This document shows positions 13,062 through 24,561 of a DNA stretch of 64,000 nt, one piece after another. The DNA comes from Haplodiscus bocki. Taxonomy: Eukaryota. The notes beneath the pieces were generated by a model that did not search any database, was not told where the DNA came from, and saw only the letters and a list, made by a program, of their open reading frames with translations. The position numbers and the translations under genes were made by a program. The first letter of the stretch is position 1. Each line of letters starts with the position of its first letter. The DNA is taken from the NCBI GenBank assembly GCA_965655095.1, contig OZ296657.1:84878001-84942000 (forward strand), in the 5' to 3' direction.

Positions 13062-14169
13062 GGGTTTTGGTTGTCGAGATAATACGGTGGTAGCTGAAAG
13101 ATGTGATTTTTTTCAGATTGAAACTTTAATTGTTTTTAGAACTGCAAGTTGTTGCTTATATGCATTTTTTTTCATGGTCCTTGTCACTCTATTTGGTCAT
13201 TATCACGTGATGATTCCATATAAGGCGATTCGTTCCTTCTTTGATCCTTGTCTCTGGATATTTCCATATATGGAACCTCTTTCCTCTTTTTGGTAGTGTT
13301 TCACAAAAAAATTAGTTTTACTTTGTCTTGCAGATTCATTTGTTCAGGAAAGATCTCAACAATCCGATGGCAGGTGTAATGTTACAGGTGATCCGAGCTT
13401 TTATGTAAATTTTTCAAAAAACAGTCTGTTTTTTCTGCTAACACATATTAAAAATACGTACTATTAACGAATAGTGTATTGCCCACCACGTTGACAAGAT
13501 TTGCTTCCTTCCCGATGGCAGATATCACATTTTACTAATAGGAGACTTTGAAGAGTTGCTACAAAATTTAGACGCGTTCTGCTTCAAGTACAAACACGTG
13601 GACTGCCCATCGACACTTTTCAACTATCTGTTCACTGATAAAATTATTGCCAATAGTGGACAAGTGTTTGTGTCTGGTAATGTGCAGAGAGCAGTCTACT
13701 TTAATCAAAGAAACAGGAATGGATATAATGCCCGGCATCTCCAAAAACACTTTTAAAAAATAAGTAAGAAAAGAATTTTTTGTTCTTTCCAAAAGACAAT
13801 ATCAAGGCAAACCAGCGGATCAGTCTCTGCAGAAAGAATAGAGCATTTGAAAAGAACGAATTCGAATTAGAACTGACAAAAATTGCAGATTGTTTTCTGG
13901 ATGTTTTTTGTAATTTTAGTATTATAGTAACTTTCAAAATAAAATCTTTATGAACCAATCATTTTTTGGATCCCGAAGGCATCTGTAAAAGTCAATTGGT
14001 ATTGCAAAGGATAATCATCACAGCCATCATCAGTCCTACAATAATGAAGAAATCAACAAATAAACAGACATCACCGATTATGAGAGAAACTAAAGTTGAA
14101 CAACCCTCGCAATCTTTTATTCAATTAGACATTTTTTGTGCTCGAACCTGAAAAGCAAGTCTGAATTTT

Positions 14170-14665
14170 ATTCAGAAATTTCACGTCTCAGATTTTGATT
14201 TGAAATTTTTAACCACGTGTCAGATTTTGTATTGGAAATTTGGAATCATGTCAGATTCTGAAGGAAAAATTGGCTGAAATATCACATTTCAACTCATCTT
14301 ACTCCCTAAAACTTCACCTTTTGCATTTTTGGTGCTTTCTTGAAAGGCATCATTTTGATAGCAATTTTTTGAACGTGTCAGAATTTGATTTTGACCCTTT
14401 TAACGTACCAACTTTCGAAATAAAAGTTTTTCGATCTGTCAGACTTTGAATTGATTTCAACGTGCCAGATTGTGAATTAGAAATTCACCATTGTGTCATA
14501 TTTTGTGTTTAAAGTTTTTCAATGTGTCAGATTTTCAATTGACAATTTTTCAACGTGCCAGGGTTTGAAATAAAAATTAACCAATGTGTCAGATTTTGAA
14601 TTGAGTTTTTTTTGAACTTTGAACTTGTCAGATTTCGACAAACGTGTCAGATTTCGAATCAAAAG
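14170..14665 (+). repeat. Internal minisatellite, about 13 degenerate copies of AACGTGTCAGATTTTGAATT with ~30-32 bp period
   Basis: Recurring (C/T)GTGTCAGATTTT core from 14182 to 14660. Confidence 0.85.
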
Positions 14666-15999
14666 TTCTTCATATCTTCTAATGTTAAATTCGAACCTAG
14701 CTTCAGCACTTGTATTTTTCATAATGTTTACCTCTATACCAACATGAACAATTACGGCTTACATCATCTTCGCCACTTATAAATTAGCATTTGCCGTAAG
14801 ACAACAGTTCCTGTACATTTTTCACAGGAATTTTTCAATTTTGATTCTGCTGTGGTATCCCATTTTTTTCTGTGCATGAACTTGTTATTAACAGAAACTA
14901 GCTGCTACTAATAGGATTAATGATGACGAAACTAGAGCTGTTTTTCTCTCACACGTGTCTGACTAGTTACTGAAGGCGACGGAGAAAAAACGAAACACGT
15001 TAATTATTGTTTGCATTGAAATACATACACAGTAATACTTCTTGAAACAAATTTCTGTAGACATAATCGAGAACTTTTCGTGTTTCAAAAGGACAATTTC
15101 TCAGCAAAGCACGGCGTCGAGTTGGTCTGTAAGAAACTGGAATTGTTGCAGGAGGAGAGTTCTCCATGTGTTTCTCTTCAATCGAATCCGGTTTTCATCC
15201 ATTGAGCCTATCTCAAAATCGTTGGAAGTTGAATGGGAAAAGGGAGTGTTAATATGTCTGGTCGAAAGGCTGCATCCATGCTTTAGTCAGGATCCTCCCG
15301 GTGAAACTCAATGTCCTCCACAACGGTGCGCCTACACTTGAGTACTTCATCCCTCATTTCATATGTTCCTTGTTGGTTTGGGTTGATTGTGGTTCGAGCC
15401 AAAGGATTAACCAAAACTTGTCTTCGAACTCATTGTCATTTCATGGACGAGATCATTTACAGCCAGAATAACTGGATCTGGAACAAAGTCGAGAGACCAC
15501 TGGATTCCTTCGTTGGAAACGGAAAAGATCATGCTGCATAACTGTATTGTATTGCATTGAAATTGTATAAAATGGGACTGGAATAAAGTTTTTGAATAAT
15601 TGTTTTAATTAATGGGAGCTCGACACGATTATGCTAAAAATGATTGGTTTTTGCCTGTTTGGACACATGTTCGGATGATGCTGATTGCGACTGGCGGAGA
15701 TACTTTTGTAGCAAGGGGGACGGTTTTTCTGCTGCCTAGTCACCACTCTTTTTGGTAGAACAATGAGTAGCATCTCAACCGAATAAGTTCATGCCGGTTC
15801 TTGTTTTTTTGAGTGGAATAATAAACACATGACAGCTGGCTTTGCTTTTTTTGCAGTGGTAGAAACTAATTGCAGAGTTTTGCTTGGTTAAATTGTAAGC
15901 ACACTGTTTTTTTTTAAAATTCTTGCATTTTACAACTCCGCTAAGAACTTGAATTGACTTTCGCGTCTCAGCAAGAATCTAAACACCTCGGTTACACAT

Positions 16000-16757
16000 C
16001 AGGTAGAACGAGTTTGTTTGTTCTCCAAAGGGAATCTGACCGAAGTGACATATGGACGCGCATTAAGGAGATTTATAATCGCTTCTTCCGAGAGTTCTAA
16101 AAAAGTCTTCTTGTACACGCAAAGTTTCCCAGAACATATTCGGACCGCACACGTTCTCAATAAGGTTATAGACGCTACTGTCATACCGACCATCAGGGTT
16201 GAGCGTGCTACACATCGTAAAAGCTTTCAATTTTTTCACGGTTGTTTGCAACGTTATATTGGTTCTTGCGGTGGTAAATGTGGTAAATTTCGCGATCGTT
16301 AAGGTTGACAATTTCTGTAGGTATGGATTGATTACCATGTAGTTCAAAACTTCTTGATGGAAAAAACGCAAGATACGTTTTTTTCACAGCGGAACGATAA
16401 GCGAATTTGTCTGTTTGAATCTTCAGTGATATCTTTCTATTAATGAGCCTGGAGATAATCTTTAGATTTCGCAAATCCAATCTCAATTTTCGTTTTCGGT
16501 AATGCAATCTGTAAACACTTGCTAGCTTGATCAAAAGCTTTGGGAAATTCGCGAGAACTGTCAGCCAAACAACCAAGTATTTTTTGGAAATATTCAGTAC
16601 TTCTTGATGGATTTAACGCTGCTGTGTCTTCAAATCGCAAATATTTGGTTGTAAAAGATTTTTTGTTCGAGCCTTTGCTAACTCGTGCTATTCGATGCTG
16701 GGACTGGGAATTGTCAAAAATGTGATAAAAAGAAATTTCTGCAATCGTTTCGTCCAA
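16000..16757 (-). pseudogene. Polinton accessory ORF (frameshifted)
   Basis: Three overlapping minus ORFs (16440-16757, 16208-16576, 16063-16371) look like one broken reading frame; function unknown. Confidence 0.4.
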
Positions 16758-17254
16758 GAATTCCGCTGATGTTTTTTCTTAAAATGAATACTGGTTGCTT
16801 AAACTGAGAATTTGCTCTTCGACAGATATGCTGGTTTTAGTCAGTAAAATTAGCAATATGATTTTATCAGTGGTGTAGCGATAAAAGAGATGCGGATTGG
16901 TTAAGGATTGCGATTTTCAGCTATGGCATCGCTTTTTCTACAATCAGATTCAAATAGTTCTGTAGTGACTTCAATTTGTGAAACTGGTATAGTGATTGAA
17001 AGCTTGATAAGTCCAGTAGGTAACTGGAAGAACTTATAGATAATTCCATGAAGCGCGGAAGCTTTTAACCGTTACGCTACAGACTGTGGGGAAAATTCAA
17101 TTTTCATTCCTATTGAGGTATTTTTGATTCACAGTTCGGGTGAAAGTTAGCAAGACAGATTTTACTTTTCCAGAACTAGCTGTCTCCCAATCGCGAGAGC
17201 TCGTTTTACTCGAGTGATTTCTGAGGCAAGCTACTTCCTTTTCCGGTGAATGTG

Positions 17255-17400
17255 TTCAACTGGAGGAATTTTCCCAGACAACGTGTCTCCCTATCAAGGG
17301 AGTTTGTTCCACTGGATTGATTTTCTCAGACAGTCTGTCTTCATATCAGGGAGCTTGATCCACTCGACTAATTTCCTCAGACAATAAATCGCCACTGGAG
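17255..17400 (+). repeat. ~52-bp tandem repeat (about 3 copies) in the divergent intergenic region of Polinton-1
   Basis: ACTGGA..ATTTTC.CAGACA..GTCT..ATC.GGGAG.TTG.TCC at 17259, 17311 and 17362. Confidence 0.7.
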
Positions 17401-17706
17401 AAGATTAAATGTTTATTTAACCAACTTTTTCTCGTGGTAATATGTCAGCTGTGGAGAATGATAAGTTGATGGACAGTTCGTTTTATGGGTATTTTAGTTA
17501 ATGTTTCGTTTTTTGATCACGTGATTAATCTTTCTTCTTATGGTCCTTTGAATCTATCGTTCGTTTTAGTCTTCCCGTACATAGTAAAAAAAAAGTAGTG
17601 AATATCCTTTGCTATATATTTTCCGCCATGACTTCTCTTGCTACATTCAAGTTGCTACAACCTTTACGCCACTTTCAAATTTTTCTGTTGAACAATTAGT
17701 ACTCAA

Positions 17707-19240
17707 ATGCCTTCACTCAATCGCTACGAAAAAGTTACTTTCGAAAATTGTGGTGCCCAAACTACCAAGCTTACTCTTGCTCATCACAAGAAAAGTTTTT
17801 CTGCTTTGACTTGGTATTGTACCCAGTGTCCCATTTTCTCCTTAAAATCCCGAAATGTTTTGATTTATCATGATCCTAAGAAGCACAGCGCTCCAAAACC
17901 TGATGCTACCTTCGAAGTGCAAACATTGTTAGAAATACTTTCCCGGGTTTTAGGCTTTACGACAACATAAAAACACTAAACATAGCTTTACTTTTAGGAC
18001 AGCAGTTGTTGATCCTGAGCGTAACACCGACGAAGTTAATTGTACGAATCTTAGAGGAGCTGCGTTCATGTCAGCATTTACTCGGTGTCTCTGACTTTAA
18101 AAGCGCGAGACACAAAGCATTCAGTTATGCTAAAAAATCTCAAGGCAACAATGCTGGAGGAGAAGCTTGATTACTTTTTCAACAACTTAGAATATGCAGC
18201 AAAAGTGAGTATAGCTCTTGGGTTCTTTCTAGAAATATAGGAGTTTGAACATTCAGATGTTTTCACGCACATAACAACAGGACACTGCTGGATCGATCAA
18301 ACTTCTGGGCACCAGGGACGATTTGACAAAGCTGAGGGATCTTGTCAACAGAAGCAACGTCATCGAGTCGTGTAGTAGAGAAAGGATGAACACAAATTGC
18401 AGGTTCTTCAGATAAACTTCACAGTATTTGCTGCTTGATTCAAAGATATACCTATGGGTTGCAACGATGCTGTTTTACCCGAACCTCTACTGAGAAACTG
18501 CGCAATCAGCTGTATCATGTATGAAGAGAATACAAGATAAGCATGTAACGACAACATGTGCCTTTTTAATGAGCTTGCTCTCCATATACATGGAAGTTTA
18601 TACCACTGGAAGAAGAAATTTGAAAAGTTTTGTTCATTTAAAAATACAATGGATGGAATCAGTTCCAGGAGGTCCACACAAACGAGATTCAGGTTGTTGA
18701 GGATCTGCTAACACTCAATCTTCTTTTGTATTATATAAATAATGTGGATGAGAACAGTATCGGAGAACCTCCTAGACGAAGTGTGCAGAAATACGAAAAT
18801 ACTGTGCGACTGCTGAGATACAACAACCATATATTTTATGTGAGCAACTTTAATGCAGTCTTCCAGTTTTCTTGATTTCCTGATTTTGAGAAGTTCTGCA
18901 ACAGAACATTGAATTTGGAGCGACCTTTAGCCGGATGCAGTGAACGAGTCAAGAATGTCCATCCGACCAACTCATATCAAATCCGAGAACTCTTTTTTGA
19001 CAAGCTTGACTCTTTTGGTATTAAGTACACGAATCAACAAAATTTCATCAAAAATTTAGCAAGTTTCGCGTTTGAATCAATTTGTGTCCAGAAGGAGACC
19101 TTCAAGGCTACAAAGACAACGTGGATAGGGAAACATGTCCCGATATATGTATCCAATTCGTCAAAGATTGTGACAGAACCAATTGTTCTTTGCAACTCTG
19201 ATCCTCATCACGTAATTGCATCTTCTATAGGACCACTCGT
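17707..19240 (+). pseudogene. Protein-primed DNA polymerase B, N-terminal part (C2H2 fingers to the Exo I region), truncated
   Basis: YCTQCP...HDPKKH C2H2-like; NDNMCLF..LALH; LLRYNNHIFYV; LASFAFESIC (F-D-F-E-S Exo I-like). Joined at about 19240 to MCP sequence. Confidence 0.65.
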
Positions 19241-19830
19241 ACGACTCTGAAAGACGAATATCACAAAAAACAAAAAAAGAATGGACATGCTTGCACATAC
19301 CCTATTGGAGTTCAACTATTTGGAGACTGTAGCAGACTTTTATCATTCCCGCTACACAAAACCGATTGATTCAAGAAACCATTTTTAACAATGCTCCAGT
19401 TCGTCTGATAGCTCCTGGAACGAATAAAAACATTGAATTCGCTGGATAGTACTCTGAAACTCCATTCTGGAATCAGCAATTCGATCTCAGACAAATCACA
19501 ATACTGTGAGGCGGTCAGCCATTCGTAGACTTTGATGCTGCTAATGTTCGTCGCCCATATGTCACCACAGGGGAAGCAATGGACTTTAAAGTTGATATAG
19601 CCTCAATTCCAATTGACAATTTCAAAGACCACTGTGTACTAGTGTTTGATTTGACTTCAGGGCAAGATGCTACTGAAATTTTTCGCTAACCAGAACTAGT
19701 TGGAGATCCACTGAGACTGGAGCTGAACTCTAGTTTTCCTCTAGAAAAAGTCACTGAACTCATTGTATTGGGAGCACGATTGTCTTCGGTTGCAGTTGAC
19801 AAGTTTGGTGTTGTTGGAAAGATTAAATAA
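19240..19830 (+). pseudogene. Polinton major capsid protein C-terminal part, right-arm copy
   Basis: EFNYLET; FKDHCVLVFDLTSGQD; PELVGDPLRLELN..FPLEKVTELIVLGARLSSVAVDKFGVV. Confidence 0.8.
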
Positions 19831-19831
19831 A

Positions 19832-20223
19832 ATGGATGAGGTTGCTCTCCAGCAGATAATCAAACTTATCGCTACACTCGAGTATCGGTAACTTGGTTCT
19901 GTCATTTCAGATTATATACCAACTCTTCCAATTGAAACTTTTGCCACTAAAACTACGCCACCCAGCCATGTGCAAGGTGAACACTGGATAATGATTGAAA
20001 ACTTCCGTCACAGACTGTGTTTTACAGAATCTATGGCAAGTGAAAAGTACAGTTTCCTCAAGGAACACTACAAGGAGATGAGGCCAGAACCACTACAGTC
20101 CAATCCCATCGAATGAGTTTTCTACACTATATATATGCAGCTTTTCATCTGAAACTCCGACAAGTAGAAATTACTGGAGTTCACAATGTCAATATGTTTT
20201 CATTTATAAGTAACTACATGTAA
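19832..20223 (+). pseudogene. Adenain-like cysteine protease
   Basis: MDEVALQQII..LGSVISDYIPTL..GEHWIMI..PLQS..FYTIY; directly follows MCP, as in element 2. Confidence 0.8.
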
Positions 20224-20475
20224 TAAGTTCTCCTTTATAGTGTAAGTGTGCCGGGTATACAATGTTTTTGTTCTGATTTGTAAGGTCTAATTAACTTTTT
20301 TTGAACCTGAAATCAACTTTCCTGCATAGCACAACAGCCAAAACAGTATCCGCTGCCATCATTAACTACCTGCAGGCGTCATATTTAGTCCACGCCGTAA
20401 TGATTATCTGCGCGCTCAGCTTCGAATCCAGAATGTGTCGTGAACTTTTATTACAAAATTTCAATTGCTTAATCA

Positions 20476-20998
20476 CGGGATTATCCTGCGAAAAACCATG
20501 TTTTGAATCCGGGATTACCCTGCGATAAACCATGTTTTGAATCCGGGATTACCCTGCGAGAAACCATGTCGTAAATCCGGGATTACCATGCGAGAAACCA
20601 TGAAATATAACATACTTCCACGGAGTATACCCTATCTTAAAACTTTGCCGACCTATACCCTATCTTGATACATTACTTACATTACTGAGCTAAACCCTAT
20701 CTTAATACATTTCTGAACTATCTTGATACTTTACCGTCCTATCTTAATACATTGCCAAAATATACCTTATCTTAAAACATTGCCGATTTATAGCCTAGCC
20801 CAATACATTGCAGAAGTATACCCTATCTCAATGCATTACCCAACTACACCCTATCTTATTACCTCACCGAACTATACGCTATCTTAATACATTGCTGTCG
20901 TCGAAAAGTTATCGGCCTCCAATCAGAATCGAGTATTACCACTCGGCAGCCAATCAGAATCGAGCATTACCGTCACTTCTGCTCATTTTTCTACTACT
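20476..20998. repeat. Polinton-1 right terminal inverted repeat with two minisatellites and a CCAAT doublet
   Basis: About 4 x 34-bp CGGGATTACCCTGCGAGAAACCATGTTTTGAATC (20476-20605). About 9 x ~30-bp TATACCCTATCTTAATACATTGCCGA (20625-20895). CCAATCAGAATCGAG twice (about 20918-20968). Confidence 0.9.
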
Positions 20999-21884
20999 CC
21001 TATCATTAAAATTAAATAATTACTTGAAAGCTTCAAAATGTTGTTTTTAGGGGTTAAAAAAGTGCACGCTTGTTTCATCACTCTGTCATATTTGCATTCA
21101 GAGTGTAACGTAGGTAACTTTAAGTGAGTAAGGCAGAAATGTACGAATTCAGCTATGTCCCGTCTGAAAAGAGTCCGCGTTGCCCGTCGTCCCCATATGA
21201 CGTTTCGTCTTCGGTAATTAAAAAAAGATCAGTGTCTTCCCTACAATATCTTTCGCCTTCGATATTTAAGAGTCGTCCAGAAGTCGATGTTTAATTAAAT
21301 GAAATTAAAGGAAACGATTGGTGTTAGAAATCAAGCTGTCGTCAATATGCCTGTGCAATCAATTGATCGATAACTAATAATTGATATCCGGCGAACTAAT
21401 TCTTGATTTATTGAAAAATTTTCGATAACCGGAAGTTATCTCGATTTTTTCTTCAACTGACTTTTGAAGTTTCAATTGGAGTTCCAGCTGCTAAGTTTGC
21501 ATAAATTGTCGACAAAGAAGATTTAATGTTCGCTAATTTGGGTTTTTTCGGTCATCGTGGAACATTTTTGACTGAAACTCTATTAGAAGCGCTTTTGCTG
21601 CGCTACGTCTTCAAGACTTATGGAGTCTGAAAAATGTTCAGGGTAATGTGTACATTTTCACAAGCAGTTTTCTAATGTCGGAATAATTAAATGATCGATA
21701 ACTATTTATTTTCTCCCATATATTTAATACTTGGAAGGAAAATCATTCGTTCACAGTTAGGTCTTCTGTAAAGAATCTGCCAATTCCACGATCAACTCCT
21801 GTGCACCGTCAGCGAATACCCGGTTCCGATAGGTCGAGGCAAAAGCCCGAGAAAACGGCTACTATTAATAGCATGACGTCATCA

Positions 21885-21951
21885 AATACTCGATTCTCAT
21901 TGGATGAAACGAAAAATCGCGGGACGTTTCAGCCAATAGGAATCGAGTATT
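21885..21951. repeat. 27-bp imperfect inverted repeat with paired CCAAT boxes, preceded by a CRE site (TGACGTCA 21874-21881)
   Basis: AATACTCGATTCTCATTGGATGAAACG ... CGTTTCAGCCAATAGGAATCGAGTATT. Confidence 0.75.
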
Positions 21952-21978
21952 CTAATCTTGGTACTAACGATTGGTGAA

Positions 21979-22060
21979 GGCTCCATGGCTTAGAGGCGAA
22001 TGCAAATTTTTATGGGCTCGCTAGGAGTACAAAGGTTGTGAGTTCGAGTCTCCCAAAGGA
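21979..22060 (+). mobile_element. tRNA-derived SINE-like head (Pol III A and B boxes)
   Basis: A box TGGCTTAGAGG at 21986-21996; B box GTTCGAGTC at 22042-22050; no complete cloverleaf. Confidence 0.55.
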
Positions 22061-22355
22061 TGAATTTCTTCATGTTAATTTTGAACGGGGCAAAAAATAT
22101 CTTGGAGGTAGCCGGTTGTATTGTTGGAATTTTATATTAGTAATTTATTGATAATTGATTGAAAGTCAACTTTCACTAATCGGACAGACCCCGTCCCCTG
22201 ATATATTCAAGGAAAACATAGATACTCATATGCCAGGTTGGCCTACACGCTTTTCTCAATAATTTAGCCCTGGAATTCATGCTGCTATTATTTCTCTATT
22301 CTATAATAAACTATATGATTGACAATAAATCCAATGAAATTTCAGGTTGACATAC

Positions 22356-22566
22356 CTTTTCTTTGTCGGTTGCGAGCAACTTGGGGTTGTCTCTGGGTTT
22401 GAGCTTACCAGGTGCGTTTCTGGTCGGCAAGCAAGTGTGGAAGAGAAACAGTTTGCCAGTTCTCCCGTCAGACTTGAGAGCATCGAGACCAGCTTGCATC
22501 ACTGGACCTAAGATGGGGTCAATCTCTGCATTGCACGCAAACTGTTGAGGAATCTGAGAAAGCACT
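22356..22566 (-). CDS. SEC24C: SEC24C/D exon (trunk domain)
   Basis: PVMQAGLDALK..GKLFLFHTCLP..APGKLKPRD..LLATDKEK; phase 2 acceptor matches the previous exon; AAG|GTATGT donor. Confidence 0.95.
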
Positions 22567-23085
22567 CTGAAACAAATATTACTTTTTAACATTATCAAAT
22601 ACCACCAATAATATTCTACCGTGGCTTTGTGTTGCCACCAGCTTGTGACCTTACATTTTGCTCTACTCAAGATTGCACTCCATTAGAAATTTTCTTGAGA
22701 AAACATTGAGAAAAACACATTTTCTTTAGTTATTCAATTGAATAACATGTTCCCATTGGAGAAAAGGCAATGTAAAAATTGAAGACTGCAAGATTTATCA
22801 TTCTCTTGCAAGTGCAGGAACAGTTTGGCATAAGTCTAGAAGACTAATTGCACGGATTCTTACAGACAATACATGACTCCATTAAGATTCGATCTCATAA
22901 TCTTTCGGTTAGTCAAACACATTGGCAAATGACCAACGTTCCTCTCAAGCTCTCCAGCAGATTAAATTTTTCAAACAATATTTAGATGGTTCTTCAAAAT
23001 TTTCCGGAGGCTCTCAAAGGTTATTTAGCAAACAATTGCTATATACATGCGATCTTGCTGAAGATATGGAAAAATTGGGACATAC

Positions 23086-23672
23086 TTTTCGATAACCTGT
23101 TTCGTTTCGGGTGTGAACTGAACAAGACATCCTTCTAAACTGGGTAGGAAAATATCATTCACATCAGCTACAACTTGCATTTGTGGTCTTGACTGCGATT
23201 TACTCAAATTGTAGAAGTGAACAACATGTGAATATGTTGCGAAGCCAACTCTGATTGGAGATATTTCTCGATTTTCAGCACCAATCATCTTAGGCAAAAC
23301 TTCAAGGACGTGTTTCAGTTTGTTGCACAGCAAATTAACCATGCCCGATTTGATCGCATTTGCAGACACGTCAATCATAAATATGTAAGCCGGTTCTTTG
23401 GGAAGAGTTTGGTTTTTGCAGTACTCTGTCGGAGCTAGGAACTCATAGGACCCCACACAAAGTTCAGGGCGTTGATATGTATCCATTCTAAGTCCAGTGT
23501 GGTCCAGGTGGCAAAAATACTTCTCGGGGACTTCGTTTACACAACCACACAACAGACATTCAAACTTGCGACCTCCGTCCACAAAAACCATCAGAGGAGA
23601 CATGTAGGCTTTGCAACGGTTGCACCGTATGGGAACTCCAGTAGACGAACAATCGGCAGTCGGAATTGGACT
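23086..23672 (-). CDS. SEC24C: SEC24C/D exon (zinc finger and start of trunk/vWA domain)
   Basis: RCNRCKAYMSP..FVDGGRKFECLLCG zinc finger; RPELCVGSYEF; PAYIFMIDVS; VGFATY...HFYNL. These motifs are diagnostic of the SEC24C/D subfamily. Confidence 0.97.
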
Positions 23673-24194
23673 CTAGAAGCAACGCATGATTTAAAATTTA
23701 CTAGAAATTGTAGAAAAAAACACCCGAAAACACATTCTAGCAAGTGCAAACAAGTGGTTTCGAAAATACTCGATAACTTCCGGATAAAATTCGTAACATA
23801 CGCCATATATCTAAAAATCAAGAACTTTCCAGAATAAACTGATAGTTCTTGAAAGTGATAATTTGGCTAAATTCATCATTTCCTTTCGGAAGCAGCGATT
23901 GATGTAACTACTGAAAAGGCATTAATCGAGCGTTTTGAGTCGCCGCGTTTAATTATACTACAAAGCCTGACTACAGTAGTACTGTTTTATTTATTTTTTC
24001 ATGATGACAGACCTCACTCTGTATACGTTTTTACTAACCTTGCATATTTTTGCCCACTATACCCACATTCATATTTTAATAAGTAGAACAGTTTTACCAA
24101 CTTCAAAAAGTTTATACAAAAATTGAAAATTTATGCACAGACATACCCAACTATCAAAACATTTGTCATATGATTTCTTCAAAAATTCAAGCAA

Positions 24195-24415
24195 GAGCCA
24201 ATTCCAAAAACTTTTGTGATACCCCCCATTTGAGTACCAAGAGGAAACCATAGTTTTTTGAAAAACTTCGGGCCTCCTGTCCAAATTTTTCGATTATAGG
24301 CATTGCGTACAGCAATTCTTTCCGAAAAATTGAAAGTTTTCCAACATCAAAGCATCCCGTCCTATGAGTACTTTGAGCCTTGCGGGCGGCGTCGACTTGG
24401 CCGTTCTCGAACAAG
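24195..24415 (+). repeat. Dispersed repeat family, copy 1 (copy 2 at 28396-28600)
   Basis: GAGCCAATTCCAAAA...GAAAGTTTTCCA.CATCAAA...GTCCT.TGA.TA.TTTGAGCCTT..GGGCGGC is shared by both copies; GC-rich hairpin at the 3' end. Confidence 0.65.
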
Positions 24416-24561
24416 AACTAAATTTTAGTTGAAATAGTTTTAATCTTAATACAAGAGCACAAAGCTTAGCAACTCAACGGAAGATCTAGTTAATCAAAAT
24501 TTCTGGGTTGCCAAAAATAACTCAACAATTAGGCTGCAGATTATACATGGAAGCAACTCAC

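Larger units (their letters stand above)
9938..20998. mobile_element. Polinton/Maverick (adintovirus-like) element, non-autonomous, complete ends
   Basis: Starts AGTAGTAGAA (9938) and ends TTCTACTACT (20998). 6-bp TSD CCTATC at 9932-9937 and 20999-21004. Inverted subterminal repeat arrays. Decayed MCP, minor capsid, core-like, protease and pPolB genes. Confidence 0.92.

Noticed and set aside
20476-20895. CRISPR-like array
   Set aside because: Units are contiguous minisatellites without unique spacers, the context is eukaryotic, and there are no cas genes.
21979-22060. Functional tRNA gene
   Set aside because: A and B boxes are present, but there is no acceptor/anticodon stem pairing and there is an internal T5 run.
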